Positions 1-12,787 of a DNA stretch of 64,000 bases are shown here, in pieces. Source of the stretch: Phoronis australis (lineage: Eukaryota > Animalia > Phoronida); NCBI GenBank assembly GCA_002633005.1, contig NMRA01000360.1, positions 127,065 to 191,064 of the forward strand, written 5' to 3'. The position numbers and the translations under genes were made by a program. The notes below the pieces were generated by a model. It ran no database searches. It saw nothing but the letters and a program-made list of their open reading frames with translations, and was not told the DNA's origin. Numbering within the stretch: position 1 is the stretch's first letter; every line of letters begins with the position of its first letter.

Positions 1-216
1 AATCCTTACCTTTCTGGATCCTTAGGAAACCTACAAAATGACACGTGTGGGGTTTTCGTGGATGAATTCATGCAATTTATCGCACTGCAAAATGCGTCCG
101 TCCCCATTGTTTTGGCGCTTCCTGGTTGACCGTAGCTTGTTCACCACTTGGCGTCGCTAGTAGTAGCGGTAACAGCGAACTCACAAGTGAACTCTCCTAT
201 ACTACTACACTCCTTG
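1..216 (-). mobile_element. 5' end of a P-element-like (THAP) DNA transposon, continuing beyond the window start
   Basis: The 30-bp TIR at 187-216 reads CAAGGAGTGTAGTAGTATAGGAGAGTTCAC on the minus strand. THAP exon 1 (107..10) encodes MGTDAFCSAINCMNSSTKTPHVSFCRFPKDPE(R), followed by a GTAAGG donor. The segment aligns along its length to 15290-15505. Confidence 0.8.
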
Positions 217-260
217 GTACTAGTGTCTCGTTTTGCAAGAATATTTTTAAGTAAATCTCG

Positions 261-592
261 CTGGTTCCCTGTGTGTCCGCTAGAGGGAAAGGGTACACAG
301 GTATCGTTCAGCAGTCACTGGTTGATTAGCTTTTCAACAAAGAAAGAAAATGGCGGACTGTGAACAATTTAGCCTTGTCAACATCTTTGAGAACTAAGTT
401 TTCTCTCTACAGTGTCAAGAACGTCAGAAGGACTGAATACAGTTATGTTCGACCTGGGCAGTTTATGAATAGTGCCGGTTTGTTTACGTATAAAGCGCTA
501 CCTGTTGACAATTTGACCAGAAAATCAGAAACGCTGATGTAAAAATTTTCCCCGAGTGTCCCTTTTCCTCTAGCGGACACGCAGGCAACCAG
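261..592. mobile_element. MITE-like element with ~37-bp imperfect terminal inverted repeats
   Basis: CTGGTTCCCTGTGTGTCCGCTAGAGGGAAAGGGTACAC at the left end and GTGTCCCTTTTCCTCTAGCGGACACGCAGGCAACCAG at the right end. No clear TSD. Confidence 0.6.
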
Positions 593-1984
593 GGTGTATG
601 TAAATAAGCATTGTCGTTACCCAAATGAAACAAGAGACAGTTTTTGCTACTTGCTTATTTCACTATCAAATAACGATTGCGTAATATTTGGAATTATTGG
701 GGTTTTGCATATGTTCACACTTGTTTTTAATTGTATCAGTTGTGGTGTTTTCTTTAAAACCGCAATTTATTTACAAATTCTTTCTTTTCTTGATTATACT
801 TGTACACACAGTTCTCCAGGAAGTCACTAGGTGTCACTTGCTACAAATTTAAATATTCACGGTTTTAATGAGACATAGCATCTTTAATGACGCAGTTCTA
901 TTTAATAACTGTACCCCGAGCTTTTTACGTCACTACACTATTGCCTAGTTTAAAAATGTGACCAGGAAATAGTTATTAACGCTAAGATATGTCTCAAAGA
1001 TGCCCAATATTCAATTCCTAATAAAGACAACAACGCTGCCTTTCCGCTTCCAAGAACAAGGTTATAGGATGGTAAATGTTCATTATGATACGTCATACAA
1101 GGGGCAGGAATATGGCCAGACTAGACAGAATTCAAAGTAGGTTACTTTATATGGGAGGTAGATACAAACATGTTGACCACAGGATCAGCTAGAGTGTTAC
1201 CCATCGTGTACAGACATGGATTTCTGCTGGGTACATTACACTGAGGCCGAAATCGACTTAATGAGATGTTCGAGGTTACTGTCAAAACCATTTTAAAACG
1301 AAAAATTGTGCACTGGATGAACGCATATTTTATTCCACCTCAGATGAAAGATATTATACCGTATATGTGCGCTTTTAGTACCATGTTGCTACATTGGAAA
1401 TAACTCGTATTCCTAAAACATTTTTGGTTTTAAAATTGCGTATAGATGCATGCGTTTATACTTCAATTATAAACAAAGACAGGAGTTCATATACAGCCAC
1501 ATATCTTAAAATCCATAACTTTTTCAGTGCCGGATTAAGGTTTCTCAGGGACCCTAAGCTAAAAGAGTCTGGGGCACTAGTAATTTAAGTTGCCTGAGGT
1601 CGTCACAAATTTCTAACCGTCTCCCGGTCTCCACACTGTTTGGCCAAGCTAAACCCAGGAGGCATTTCAAATATTCATGCAGGGACGTAGGAAGTGGGGG
1701 GGGGAGTGGCACTGCTGTTGAAGCTACCATTGGGATGACCGTGCACATGTCGAACGAGTGTACCCTAATACTCGCAATAATAAACAAATTACACGTAAAC
1801 AAATATCTCAGCGTTTTTTCTTTTGAGATCAAGTTAACCTCGTGAACCGTTATAGGTACCTCGGAAATGAGCAAACATACACCTTACTATGAATGCCCAA
1901 TCTCCCATTTCCCCCGGTTACGGGTCAAAAATCTCCGAGCATGCCTGCGGAAATTACTTATAACATTCCGTTTTGATCAACAAG

Positions 1985-2560
1985 TTCCTTGGTTTCTGAT
2001 TTATATGTTTGTGTATCTACGAAAACCGAAAGGTTAATATGTTGTTTTTGGCAAATAGAAGCTAATCTTTTAAGAAATGATGACGATTTAGGGAATTTAG
2101 GGAATGTGGAAAAAACTATAGTCCGATCCCCAAATAGTAAAAGTGCACTTGGACGCTTCTTGCCTATCTAAAATAACTCTTTTAAGAAGACATTGATGAA
2201 ATTTGGGCACTTCCCATAAATTTACTCACAATTCAAATGACAATAAATGCATTGCTTTTTGACTTCGGCACAAGATTTGTTGTTTAAAGTCACTAACAGG
2301 GGATCAAAAAGCAAATATGCCAACGTCATTAAATCAAGGTAAACGCATTGCTCATGGATTTGAATGTTGGTTTCTGATTTACATGTTTGTGAATCTACGA
2401 AAATGGACTGATTGAGAGATGATTTTTTTGACAATTAGAAGCTAATCTTGTAAGAAATACAATGTTTCCATGAATTTAATTGCAGGCCGACATTGGGAAA
2501 ATTCGATTTTTGTCTATTTGAAATAAGTCTCAAGGAAATTGGTGAATTTCGGACAGGCCA
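1985..2560. repeat. Degenerate ~380-bp tandem unit with a dispersed copy near 9835-9990
   Basis: GGT(T)TCTGATTTAYATGTTTRTGWATCYACGAAAA recurs at ~1991, ~2370 and ~9840, each followed by similar CTAATCTT..AAGAAA segments. Confidence 0.6.
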
Positions 2561-2826
2561 ACAATGTGTCCTAAAATGTTCTCAAATGACAGTAAATTGT
2601 TTATTGGCTTAGGAACTAGATTACTGGGTTTAAGTTTACAAACCGTAGATCGAAAACGAGGTTTAAGTACTTAAATAAATAAAATCAAACTTATTGGCCA
2701 TCAACTTGGAAAAGTTGTCTTTGAACTTCCTCGATGTTTTTGGTTTCCAGTAGTATTGCGCAATGAATTTTTGTTCTTCAAAACTGAATCGTTTGCTTGC
2801 ATTTCCCGTGCATACTACACACACGG

Positions 2827-3084
2827 CATGCGCGCACCCAGCCTAAAATATAGTGGGCTCAAATTTTTGAGGATGTGGACCTTTCACTAAAGAAAAAAAA
2901 AACGAGCACGGGTTTGTTCAGGGATATGAATTGTGCATACGCCGAATCTTGCCTTTTTAGGGGACTTTTGTGTCATTTTTCTCAGACTTTTTGTTTCTCT
3001 GAGGTGGACCTTTTTACCCTCTTTGCCAAATGGGGAGGGGTTCGTTCGAGCCCCCCCGACTCCCCCCCCTCGGATGCGTGCATG
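2827..3084. mobile_element. MITE, 5-bp-TSD family (copy 1)
   Basis: Termini CATGCGCGCACCC / GGATGCGTGCATG, flanked by CACGG and CACTG (4/5 match). Internal similarity to 13637-13830, 39930-40152 and 48223-48457. Confidence 0.7.
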
Positions 3085-3675
3085 CACTGAGCACGTCATG
3101 ACAGGCACACCCACGTTACAAATAAGATGTAAACATGCAGTAGGCCTGCGTAGAATCTCAGTTACCCACGGGAGCTGAATTTGAACTCCAGACGTTGAAG
3201 TGTGTATGTTTTTGGGACACACTCTGTATCATTTCCCGGAGCTAGCAACCAGAAACTGGACTACAGCCTGTGTTCCATCAAGGAATTCTGAAACGGCCAC
3301 AAAGGCACTCACACCAGGCACCTAGGGACCTCACCTCAAAGAATGGACATCATAAAATGAAGTTTTCCCGAAACTGGAGCAAAGGAATAGGTACGAATCC
3401 ATTGTTGGAACCCAGCTATAGTTACCCGGTACTTCAGGCAGCTCTCATCTACCCGTCAGTGAGCTCTGGCCCCAGACCCATTTTTACTCTTCGTGAAACT
3501 TAGTTGGTTCATGACGGTTACTCAAATCCCTGTGGCTGCTTCCCCGGTATGACCCCCACCTATGGCGGACATGGGGGGGGTTTCGTTACAAATATGGTGA
3601 CATAAAGAGAACGGGGGATGGGGTTGACGAAAGCACATGAAGGGGTAGGTTGGCGAAGTCAAATTTGCTTGTGCC

Positions 3676-3693
3676 NNNNNNNNNNNNNNNNNN
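3676..3693. other. Assembly gap (18 N)
   Basis: Run of N. Confidence 1.
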
Positions 3694-4424
3694 TTATTCC
3701 TTCCTCCGGGCCTGTCATGCCTTCGGTCGACTCAATTTTCAAACTAGCCTCGTATTCCTATTCTGTGCATGGCCCCCAAAGGGTATAGTTTTTTAGGTTA
3801 AAAGTATACCAAACCCTGTTCTGGCCTATTAAATATATTAGAAACGAGTTATCTATTCAGTTCTCTGAAACAAAATAATGCTCTGTAACCCCCGACAACC
3901 CTCAAAAGTTTGGGAGACATTTTGAAAACTCTTTTGAAAGTCTGCTGAACGGGAAAGCGTGACCTACGCTTTCAGCGAATTACACAGCAACTCCGAGGAA
4001 AGGCCATCCACCAAGAACCATAATATCCAATCTGTGACATAGGGAGTATGAGTTTTTAGATGATTCCTGCTTTTATCGTTCAAGATTGAAACCAAGGATG
4101 TATTAGCAGATGACAGAACGAGGATTGGCTTAAATCATCAAAACAAGGTTCAGTATCCTTTTAATGGAAAATCCGGTGCTGTATCATTGTGTATGCTTTT
4201 ATTCATTCTTAGTATTTTCTTTTAATTACGTATTCTTGTCAACGACTACTGCGACTAACATTGATCCTAAATGTTCCTTTTCTCATTCAAATATTGCACA
4301 TTGTGCCTCAGAAACTTTTACATAGGAGTACCGTTACATGCAAGTGAAGGGATCGAAATGCGCCACTAATTTTCTCAACATCTGCTTTTAAAATCAACGT
4401 CCATTTATAACGATGCCTTTTATT

Positions 4425-7400
4425 TTAAGCAGATCTAAAACGAGTCAAGTTGTGTCCCTTGTAACTGGACATGCTTGGAAACTGTTGTGCAATGATGGTT
4501 AGAATCTCGTTCTGGCTGATTGTCCCGAGACCTTTCACTCTTATGGCGTAGATGATGCGACTGACATCGTCATTGAAGCTGACACCAAGCTTAACCTCGT
4601 TGATTACATCCAGGTTTTGGTTCATTTTTTCGAGGTCGGCGACAACTTGCTTAAAAGATGCAATGGCTCTTGTTTGGTCCTAGAACGAGAACATGTTGTT
4701 GAGTTACGAGCTCCAATACTCACACACTGTTACAGTGCAACACTATAGCCGTGTAGCCAAATACTTGGCCTCACACTTTTAGATTTAAAGGTGCATTATT
4801 TTTTTAAGGCCGTAAAACTCAATTTGGGGGTTATTGTTGAACGGGATAGACTTCTTGAAGTTATTAATTTTGACCAGAGCTGTAAAACAAAAGAATCCGT
4901 CATGTTTTTGTGATTTTATTAAAAATCGCCAATTCTCGCCGTTGTCTTTCCAGACATTCACAGAACTCAAGACCGGTGACATTACCAGATAAATATCATT
5001 GAGATACTCTGCAATATACCGAGTGGGATTTAACGTAGCCAGCAAGCTATTAGCTGCGACGCGACGATTTCAAGTTCGATTGCGCGCTGGACCTGATCAC
5101 GGAAAAATTCCTAGCCGGTAACGTCACTTCAACACATTTCTGTTTTAGTCATACTTTGATATTGAACTCATTTTAAATTTTATATCAAAACCCAAATTCC
5201 TATAAAATCGTTAGAACTTGGTTAAAGTCATTTAACTTACTGCAATGAACTGTGATGGCGTGGCAGCCATGTTGACAGTTATCCTATTCTTCAGACTTGG
5301 ATTAACAACTTCAACCAACTGTCGGTATTCACCTTTCAGTTGATTAAAGAGTAAGTTCATATCTTGCTTATTCTGGCGTTCTCTAACCAACTCTTGGTTA
5401 ATTTCTGCCATAGATCGTTTCATCTCATCACGGGTGTTTCTCAATGAATCTCGCATTTTTCTCGCCTGCGGGATGTCGATTGCCAGCGTTAGTCCCAGAC
5501 CGGCAAGACTCCCCAACACCGCACCGCCCTTTGTTGCCCAGCTGGCAAACTTGACTACACTTGGCTTCGTAGCAAAAACCCTCGCCGCAGTCAGAGTGGT
5601 AGAGATTTTTGTGACAATTTTGGGAGTTCCAACTTTTATAAATCCCGCAGACGGGAATTTGATAGATTTGAATACTGCTGGAGACGGCATTTTCCCTGCC
5701 GCCTTGGCATTGATGTAAGCCGACTTCGCGCCGAAGTACAGCAGCAACGAAGCGTCGCTTACACCCTGTTGAACAGCCTTTGCCGCCATTGACTGCCTAT
5801 ATTGTCGAAGTTCTGAGTCAAAGGTACGCATCAAATTGTTCGTTTTGCTCTCAAACTCTCTGGCCAAGTTATCAAGCTTGGAGGGTTCCCCAATCTTTTG
5901 AATAATGGAAACTGTCAAGTATTGGACCTTGTTGGATAGCTGAGCCAACTCGTTTCTCTTTTCCATAATAGTAGTCAGGTAGCCGTACATCTGATTGTTG
6001 TCTTTGTCCAACGTGCCCAGCTCGTTGTACAAAGGCACCATGTCTCTCTCGAGCTGCTCAATTTCTGGTTTCAAATCGCATATTTCCTTCTCGTACATGC
6101 AGCCACCCGAGACAACATTCGCTGCAAGAAGATTGTCTAGTTTCAATTTGACTTCTCGAGACTTCTGTTTTCTCCTAGCTTTACTATTCCAATGAAATCA
6201 AATGTCAGTGAAAGCGCATGTCTATTTCATGAAATCTGGAATGCTCTGCGGGGAACACGAATTTTCTCGAAGAAGCAATGAATAGAGAATTCAAACGTTG
6301 TCTAAAAGAAGACAGAATATAAACTTTTTGAAGATACAACAAGCTTCTAAAAGCTACAGCCTGAAAAAGCAGGCAGAAAGTGAGAACACGACAAATCAAA
6401 GATTTTTTGACATTTAATTAGTTTGTATGCTTTGACAGAGGAACGAACTAACACAGCAATTTCCATTAAAATGTTTTGTTTCCTGGAAAGCTGGTCCCCG
6501 CTAATTTGGGGTATATAAGATCAGACGGCATGAAGTATTTTCGCCATTTTCAGTTAGTGATCTCTAAAAATTGAAATTACAAGCTCATTATGAAAACACA
6601 GGATAACTAATTCCACCCTAATAAACTTTGATCATGTTAAAAAATTTGGAAAGGGTGTAAAAATGTGTCAGTTTTCTTGATCTTTGTACTCACCTGAGGT
6701 GTTTAAATGACCCAGATTCGAGAAGGATTATCCAGACTTTGGCAACTTTTCAAAGTAATGACAAAATTCACATGAAAATACAAACCTATTTGAATAAGTA
6801 TGATAAACCCACGCTGCTTGATTTCCCCTTCTTGTCACAGAAAGTTGTTGAACGTGCTACTTTATAACAGTAAGTTGCACTGCCAACTGGGCGGAGATGG
6901 CGGGTACAAGTCGACTACAGTAGGTGGCGCTAGCTTATCTTACCGACTGCGTGGTTGTGAAGAGCGTGGGAACAGTGTATGCAGTTCCGTAATTTTACCG
7001 GTCTCAGATGAGTGAAAATGGTGGAAATAGGTCGAATTTCATTGGAACCTCAGATTTCACACAATGGCGAGTGTAGACTGCTTTGTACAAATTTTGCGAC
7101 GGTCACAAAATTCGCCTCTTGAAATAAAGTACAACTCATCAGCCCTCAAACGTTTGATATAAATTGAAAACTTCATTAGAAAGTCTGTTTAGTTAGCACG
7201 TGTGACTAACGGTGTGGAGAAGATGATCATTGGCTCTACGGGTAAACCGGTCATCTCGAACCACATAATCTACTTGGAGACACTGTAAAAGGAGTTTTTT
7301 TTCAGCTGAAATATGCTTTTATCTTTCACGGTATTGGTTTTACAAAGCACAACCACTTTTATTGTAAATCCACGCCAAATGATTTCAACGAGTTACCTAT

Positions 7401-7531
7401 GTTTAGAGTTAAATCTGTCAAGGTCAGAACAGTGGCTATAGCTTTTGCCGACTGTGCCGCTGCAATCACAACGCGTGCAGCTCGGATGCTGATAGCAATG
7501 ACGCGAGCGGCCAGCACGAGAAACTGGAACC
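4425..7531 (-). CDS. Spliced gene for an uncharacterised helical/coiled-coil protein with a hydrophobic Gly-rich segment (SMCO3/ApoL/alpha-pore-former-like architecture); exons 7531-7397, 6745-6694, 6183-5241, 4679-4425; true start unresolved
   Basis: Four exons (135+52+943+255 nt) have canonical AG/GT sites and compatible phases (1,1,2,0), giving one open frame of ~460 codons: FQFLVLAARVIAISIRAARV...VAKVWIILLESGSFKHL|SKARRKQK...GGAVLGSLAGLGLTLAIDI...SQFIA|DQTRAIAS...TRFRSA*. AATAAA lies directly after the stop (4419-4424). Confidence 0.85.
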
Positions 7532-7916
7532 CTGAAATACAGAAATTAATCGTTCAATTTTAAAGTGTTCCTTAACACGCAGGTTCCACAGAAACGATTT
7601 TGAATTGTACCCACTTATAGCCAATATTTTATCAAACATTTATTAGTCGATATAAAAGCCTCTTTGCAGCTGGCATGTGCAATAAATAGGTCTGTCTAAA
7701 ATTGCGCGTTCGGCAACATTTGTGGCCCAATACTAAGCTTCACTGCAAAAGGTTGCGTACGACGTACTTTTTCCTGATACAGTTTAACATTGTTGTAGGC
7801 AGACTAAGTGCCGTCCACACTACACTGGGTTTCCTTAGAACAAGTTGTCGCGAAGCTTAGTAATAGTGAGGTCTCTATTTGCATTGGGGCAACTTAACAC
7901 ACGAGCTGCAACTTAC

Positions 7917-8438
7917 CCCCACCTTCCCCACCTTAGCCTTTCTGTACGTTTACGTCATATATTAGTTATCTTTTTTCGAGTGGAGATTCGGAAGAGATGG
8001 CACGCTTCTGTTCTGAACTGAGCTTAGAACATTGTGCTGTTGTTGACATTTGTGGGTCGAAACGGCTATTTCATATTCAGTTATTTCTGCCAAAAGACTA
8101 TTTGCTTACATCACTTGCCCTGTGATGTACTTGTTCTCGTCTTGTACTTTTCCTTAGATAAGATTTGGTCTCAGGGCTCAGGATCTAATTTCCAAACTCA
8201 GGCTCTACTCAGACTCATACTAGAAATTCAGCTTATCTCGCTGCACAATTCGAGTACAAATTTTAAATTCACAAGCTTTCTCGAAACTTGGCATGCAACT
8301 GGTCAATATCAAGAGGAGTGTCGACAACAGAGATTAGATCTCGGGCATTAATTTTTGAGTTATGAATAACTGGTATTGTTCGGTGCACTCACCGAGTCAA
8401 GCCAAATCTCGAGTAATAACAAATTTCCAGTTCTTCAT
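7917..8438 (-). pseudogene. Candidate upstream exons of the coiled-coil gene, carrying stops
   Basis: A 46-nt ATG exon (8438-8393) reads MKNWKFVITRDLA*L, ends in phase 1 with a GTGAGT donor and contains an in-frame TGA. A further exon-like block (8152-7917, GTAAGT donor) has stops in all frames. Confidence 0.35.
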
Positions 8439-10309
8439 CTGGCCTAGAAGTCACCTCTAATGTGACAGAGCTTTGGAACAGGAGATCAATTTTACAACAC
8501 TAAATTGTTTAACTTTACCGTTACCTTTTGACTGAAACTCGTTTGATAACATCGTAAAAAGACTCGAGAACAGTTGACTGATTTTTAACAGGTTAAGAAA
8601 TAGCCAGGTTCCCTGCCTGAACTTAAAATGGACTTACAAATACCGTTACATGATAGTGGGTGATGTTTTGTGAAATTAAATAACGTACCTGATGCATTTG
8701 GAATGATTAGTTGCGTAGGCATAGAAAGCTCTATTTCTCCAGGGGGCGCTCGCTGACAAGAGAAACTGGAGTCATGCGTCGCTCTCTTTTTTCCATTTTT
8801 GTTCTGAAATCCCAGGTATTGGAGAGGTTCCCGCTGATGGCACCTATGTCTACTATTTTCCCATTTTATCATTTATAATACTTTCCTTACGGGGCCCCTC
8901 ACGTAGGGGGGGAATAATCAATTGCTTCTTTTCCTGTACAGTATTTGTAAAATCGTACAACCTTTTTAAAAGGTTAGGAAGGTCACCTGGCGATGAAGTC
9001 TGTTACTATTTTCTGTTTTTAGACGTAATGCAAACCTTCATAATAGAATATTTGGGTAACGTGCCCTATTTTTCTAGTCAGACGGGGTCCTCTCTTGGAG
9101 GTTCGGCCCGCAGCCATTGCCTTTTTGCGCTCTCTAAGTCCGACACTGTCAATTACTCACGATGAAAAGCAGAAGCAAACTGACATTGACAAAGAAAACT
9201 ACAGAATATGTTCACACGACGTAAAGCAACATGAAGGCATTCGATCCAAACCACCAAAAACACGAGACTATGTTAAAAACAACAACAAAAACAATAGACT
9301 GGCTGGAATCGAAAGACTGAAGAACTTCAAGACCACTATTTGGGAGTTTCGCAAATGCAATGAAGAACAGTTGAAGAGGGAGTTGTTCATACGAAACTTG
9401 ATAGGTGGATCTGAGTGCAATGTGCACTGCCCGTAGCGAACTACTTAAGGAGCTCAAGGTGCATGGACTGGCATTCGTAAATAAAGATTTCTGCGATTTT
9501 TTGGAGTGTATGTTTACCTCATAAACCGTGACAGGCTACCACTGGAATGAAACAAATTTCACGTTAATGTATTTTTCAAATAAATGCTGAATATTTCTTG
9601 GGAGAGGGATGTCAAATCTACCCTGGGATTCACCGTCTCCCGTGCTCTCCCGGTTCCATTCAAGTGCATGTATCTGCGTTATCCCTTGGGAAATGCCTAA
9701 AAATCTAGTACTGTGTATTTCGAATTTGAAAAATGTCTTGATATTTAACAGCCGTGTACAAAGTGTCTTTAGTTTTAAGAATGTGTTGCCACAAGAAGAT
9801 CCAACATATCAAGGTTATAGCCTTCTGATAACCTGCAATGGTTCTGATTTACATGTTTATGTATCCACGAAAATCGATAAATCATCACTTCTACTATTGT
9901 GTTTCTAATCTTGTAAGAAAATTGATAAGGATTCAGTGAACTTGGATGCCGACTGAACTTCGGGAAAATCTCGTGCCACACAAAACAACAAGGTGCACTG
10001 CGCGATTTTTCCAGTCTGAAGAAACCCTCTATTTGGTATTGCGGTGGATTTTGATTGATAAAATTCAGGCAATTTTAATATCATTTACCCTCCCCCGGGA
10101 AGCAGCTACTTGAAACTGTTAATGTAAAATTAACAGTCGTCCCTTTCTTGCGCCGAAAACTTACATGCATCGACGTTCAGCGCGCCGAATGCTAGGATTA
10201 GACCAGCTGTCATAACTGGTGTCGGAAACCTCATCGTGATAAAGTGCCTAAAAAGAAATTTGATTTTTTTAGTTTTTACATACACACCTGTGCTCTTGTC
10301 GAGTTTCCC

Positions 10310-10370
10310 AGCACACACACACACGAGCACACACACACACACACATGCACACGCACACGCACACGCACGT
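10310..10370. repeat. (CA)n / (CACACG)n microsatellite
   Basis: Seen directly in the sequence. Confidence 0.9.
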
Positions 10371-10377
10371 ACGTTAT

Positions 10378-10860
10378 CACCCATTATGTCCATTTCAATA
10401 TAATTAATCGAAACAGAATTAATGGCCATTCTAATCCAGCTTTGTGAAGTATAAATCACTTTGACAATAATCTGACAGATCAAAACCGACTTTACAAGTG
10501 AAAGTTGATTAAAAGGGCGAACATGGACATGATGGGTCAAATTGGACATAACGGTTTGGGTATTTTGACCCATTATGTTCATTTTTACCCATTTCGTCCA
10601 TTTCAGCATAATTGAACAAAACGGAATAAATGGCTGTTCTAATCCAGAAATTCACTCAAAAACGAAATTAGACATAGTGAGTGAAAATGGACATAATTGG
10701 TCAAGAATCCGACCCATTATATCCATTTTAACAGGAATGATCAAACGAAATTAATGTCCGCTCCAATCCACTTTAAATTGCAAATTGATTTTTAAAATAA
10801 ACTAACAAACTGGATTTAGTGGGTGAAATTGCACTTAGAAGAAAAATTTGCACATGTAAC
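10378..10860. repeat. Degenerate ~140-190-bp tandem repeat with internal inverted arms
   Basis: ACCCATTATRTYCATTT...AATGKCYRYTCYAATCCA occurs at ~10380, ~10568 and ~10712, interleaved with the reverse-complement motif TGGACATRAT(G/T)GGTCAA. Confidence 0.65.
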
Positions 10861-12344
10861 ACAAATAGTGCTATACTGGATTAACGCCAAGAATTAACAG
10901 CAATGGAAAAAGATTATTGCTGCCAAAGTCATCCTATTATATATACAGCTCAGTAAATTTTTCTAGCCTTCGTGCATTCTAAAATTATCTGAAGGTTGTT
11001 GGAACAGCCAGCTTACGTAAGTTCACTTTTAGCAATCACAAAGTACATAAAATATTGAACAATTTAGACCTTATAAATTCAATAGTTTTGTGCCCACCAA
11101 TGAAATAGAAATTTGGATCAAGAATCGTCCGGTTGATAAAAACTAAAAACATACTTAATCCTCGGTTTCGCTCATCACGAACCATGGCATTCTTTTTCTG
11201 ACCAAGTTGGAAAGTGCCTTAGCTGAATAATGATTTTATCTTTCAAGGGGAGAACTTATGGGCCTATAATTCTATAGTTAGTGACAGAATCAGGTTTGGT
11301 AAAATCAACAAAACAGTGATTACCACCCTTCCAATATTGTGTAGTGTTGTACTACCTGCAAACTGCTCAACAGTTGGGTCCGGTGTGTGTAAAACAGTCC
11401 TGGTACCACACGCACTCACCATCTGGATGAGACAGATCGGTCCCACGACTGTTGCATCGAGTATAAAACTAGGCAGCTGCAAACGAGCCCACACTGCAGT
11501 TATCATGCCGCCCGTACAGCTAGACACCTTCTGAGCTTACAACAAGGAAAGACAGCCATTCTTAATGCCACCCGGCCCTCAGTTAGAGGCACCTTTAAAA
11601 GAGGTATAAATAAGCAAAATACGTGAATGGTAACCAAGCACGCCATCTTTGGGTCACCTCCAAGAACTGGTATTTATATCAAATGATACACAATTTCCCA
11701 AAAAACGGAAAAAGACAGAGGCAAACGACTCCACCATCCCTTGATAGAGATGGGTTCTTGGAGACAAACAACTTTGCATTCCCTCAAAATTATCTTCAAG
11801 TTGACGTCTAGGTATGTAGGCATACGAATGAATATGAACACGTTTCCAAGTGAGCGTGAACGATCCAAACTGCACAAATTTTAAAAATCGGGGGCATCTT
11901 ACAAAAGTGTCCTGGCCAATGCCTCAAAATACAAAACTTGTAGTTGACAAAGGCTCTCTATTTTTTTCTCTTCCCCACTGCCCTTGACTTCTAAAGGGTA
12001 TTTTCTTATCTTTAGCATCGCAATTCAAACAAAATCACATGGCGTTTTAATAAATAAGAATCTCATCATTCGCCCTCGACGTAGCTGGAACATGTTAACC
12101 CAGCCTTGTCCCCAAGCCTCGAGATGGCGCTGATCGGTTTAGCCATAGATCGGGCGAAAGCTTTAGGTGGCACTGAATAGTTAGGCTGCGGCCAATTTGC
12201 AAAATTTTAATATTTTGGGGTACGCCAAGTTTGGGGGCATCTTGTAGGTAGGCATTGCATGAAAGTTCAGTGAATGTGGTTTATTTGTATTTGTGAACAT
12301 GCTGAGAATAAAAAGGCCACTTTCTCGGCTGTAGCTGCACTCTT

Positions 12345-12561
12345 CTTCAAGATGGCGGCCCCCTTTTGCAATGGGGCTGTTCGGAAAATCTACAATAACT
12401 AGAGGGCACGCGTGTACTAGTCGTGATAGATTAAGCAGCCTCGATTTCGCGAGCCCTTTAAATGCATGGTGAAATGGCTTGCAGCTTTGCCAACTGAATC
12501 TGAGATTGCGTGAAAAGGGTGCTTCTGTACTGAGAGGAAGTAAGCACGACCTCATACAAAG
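12345..12561 (+). pseudogene. Decayed first exon with SAP-domain-like end (probably a transposon accessory gene)
   Basis: YY1-type start context CAAGATGGCGG. The 3' end translates LQLCQLNLRLREKGASVLRGSKHDLIQR, then a GTAAGG donor. Upstream frames are broken. Confidence 0.35.
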
Positions 12562-12787
12562 GTAAGGTTTGTGAATATTTTAACGATTATTCCATGTTAA
12601 TTCTACCGATGCCTGTTAACTGAGGTACTTGCCGATGTCGACTTCGCGTCAGTCGCCAGTCGGGTTAATCTTTGTTTGTTGTGATGTGTGTTACAATACT
12701 TGACGTAGCACTCGGGATCTTTTCGTACATCAAAGCATTATTATTGTTTGGAATAATTTCTAACAGGTTTATCAGTGACAGTTACAT

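Noticed and set aside
1525-1714. MITE with CAGTGCC/GGCACTG ends
   Set aside because: The match is only 7 bp with no convincing TSD; plausible but unsupported.
5434-6195. Plus-strand ORFs 5434-5718 and 5995-6195
   Set aside because: Antisense shadows of the real minus-strand exon.
8397-8399. Selenocysteine or readthrough at the in-frame TGA of the candidate first exon
   Set aside because: No SECIS-like hairpin is recognisable, AATAAA follows the stop immediately, and the position would be within a leader peptide.
9095-9436. 113-aa ORF with a faint SAP-like end
   Set aside because: It has a TTG start, the similarity is too weak, and there is no supporting structure.
11264-11534. Protein-like ORFs on both strands
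   Set aside because: No recognisable motif and no convincing splice sites.
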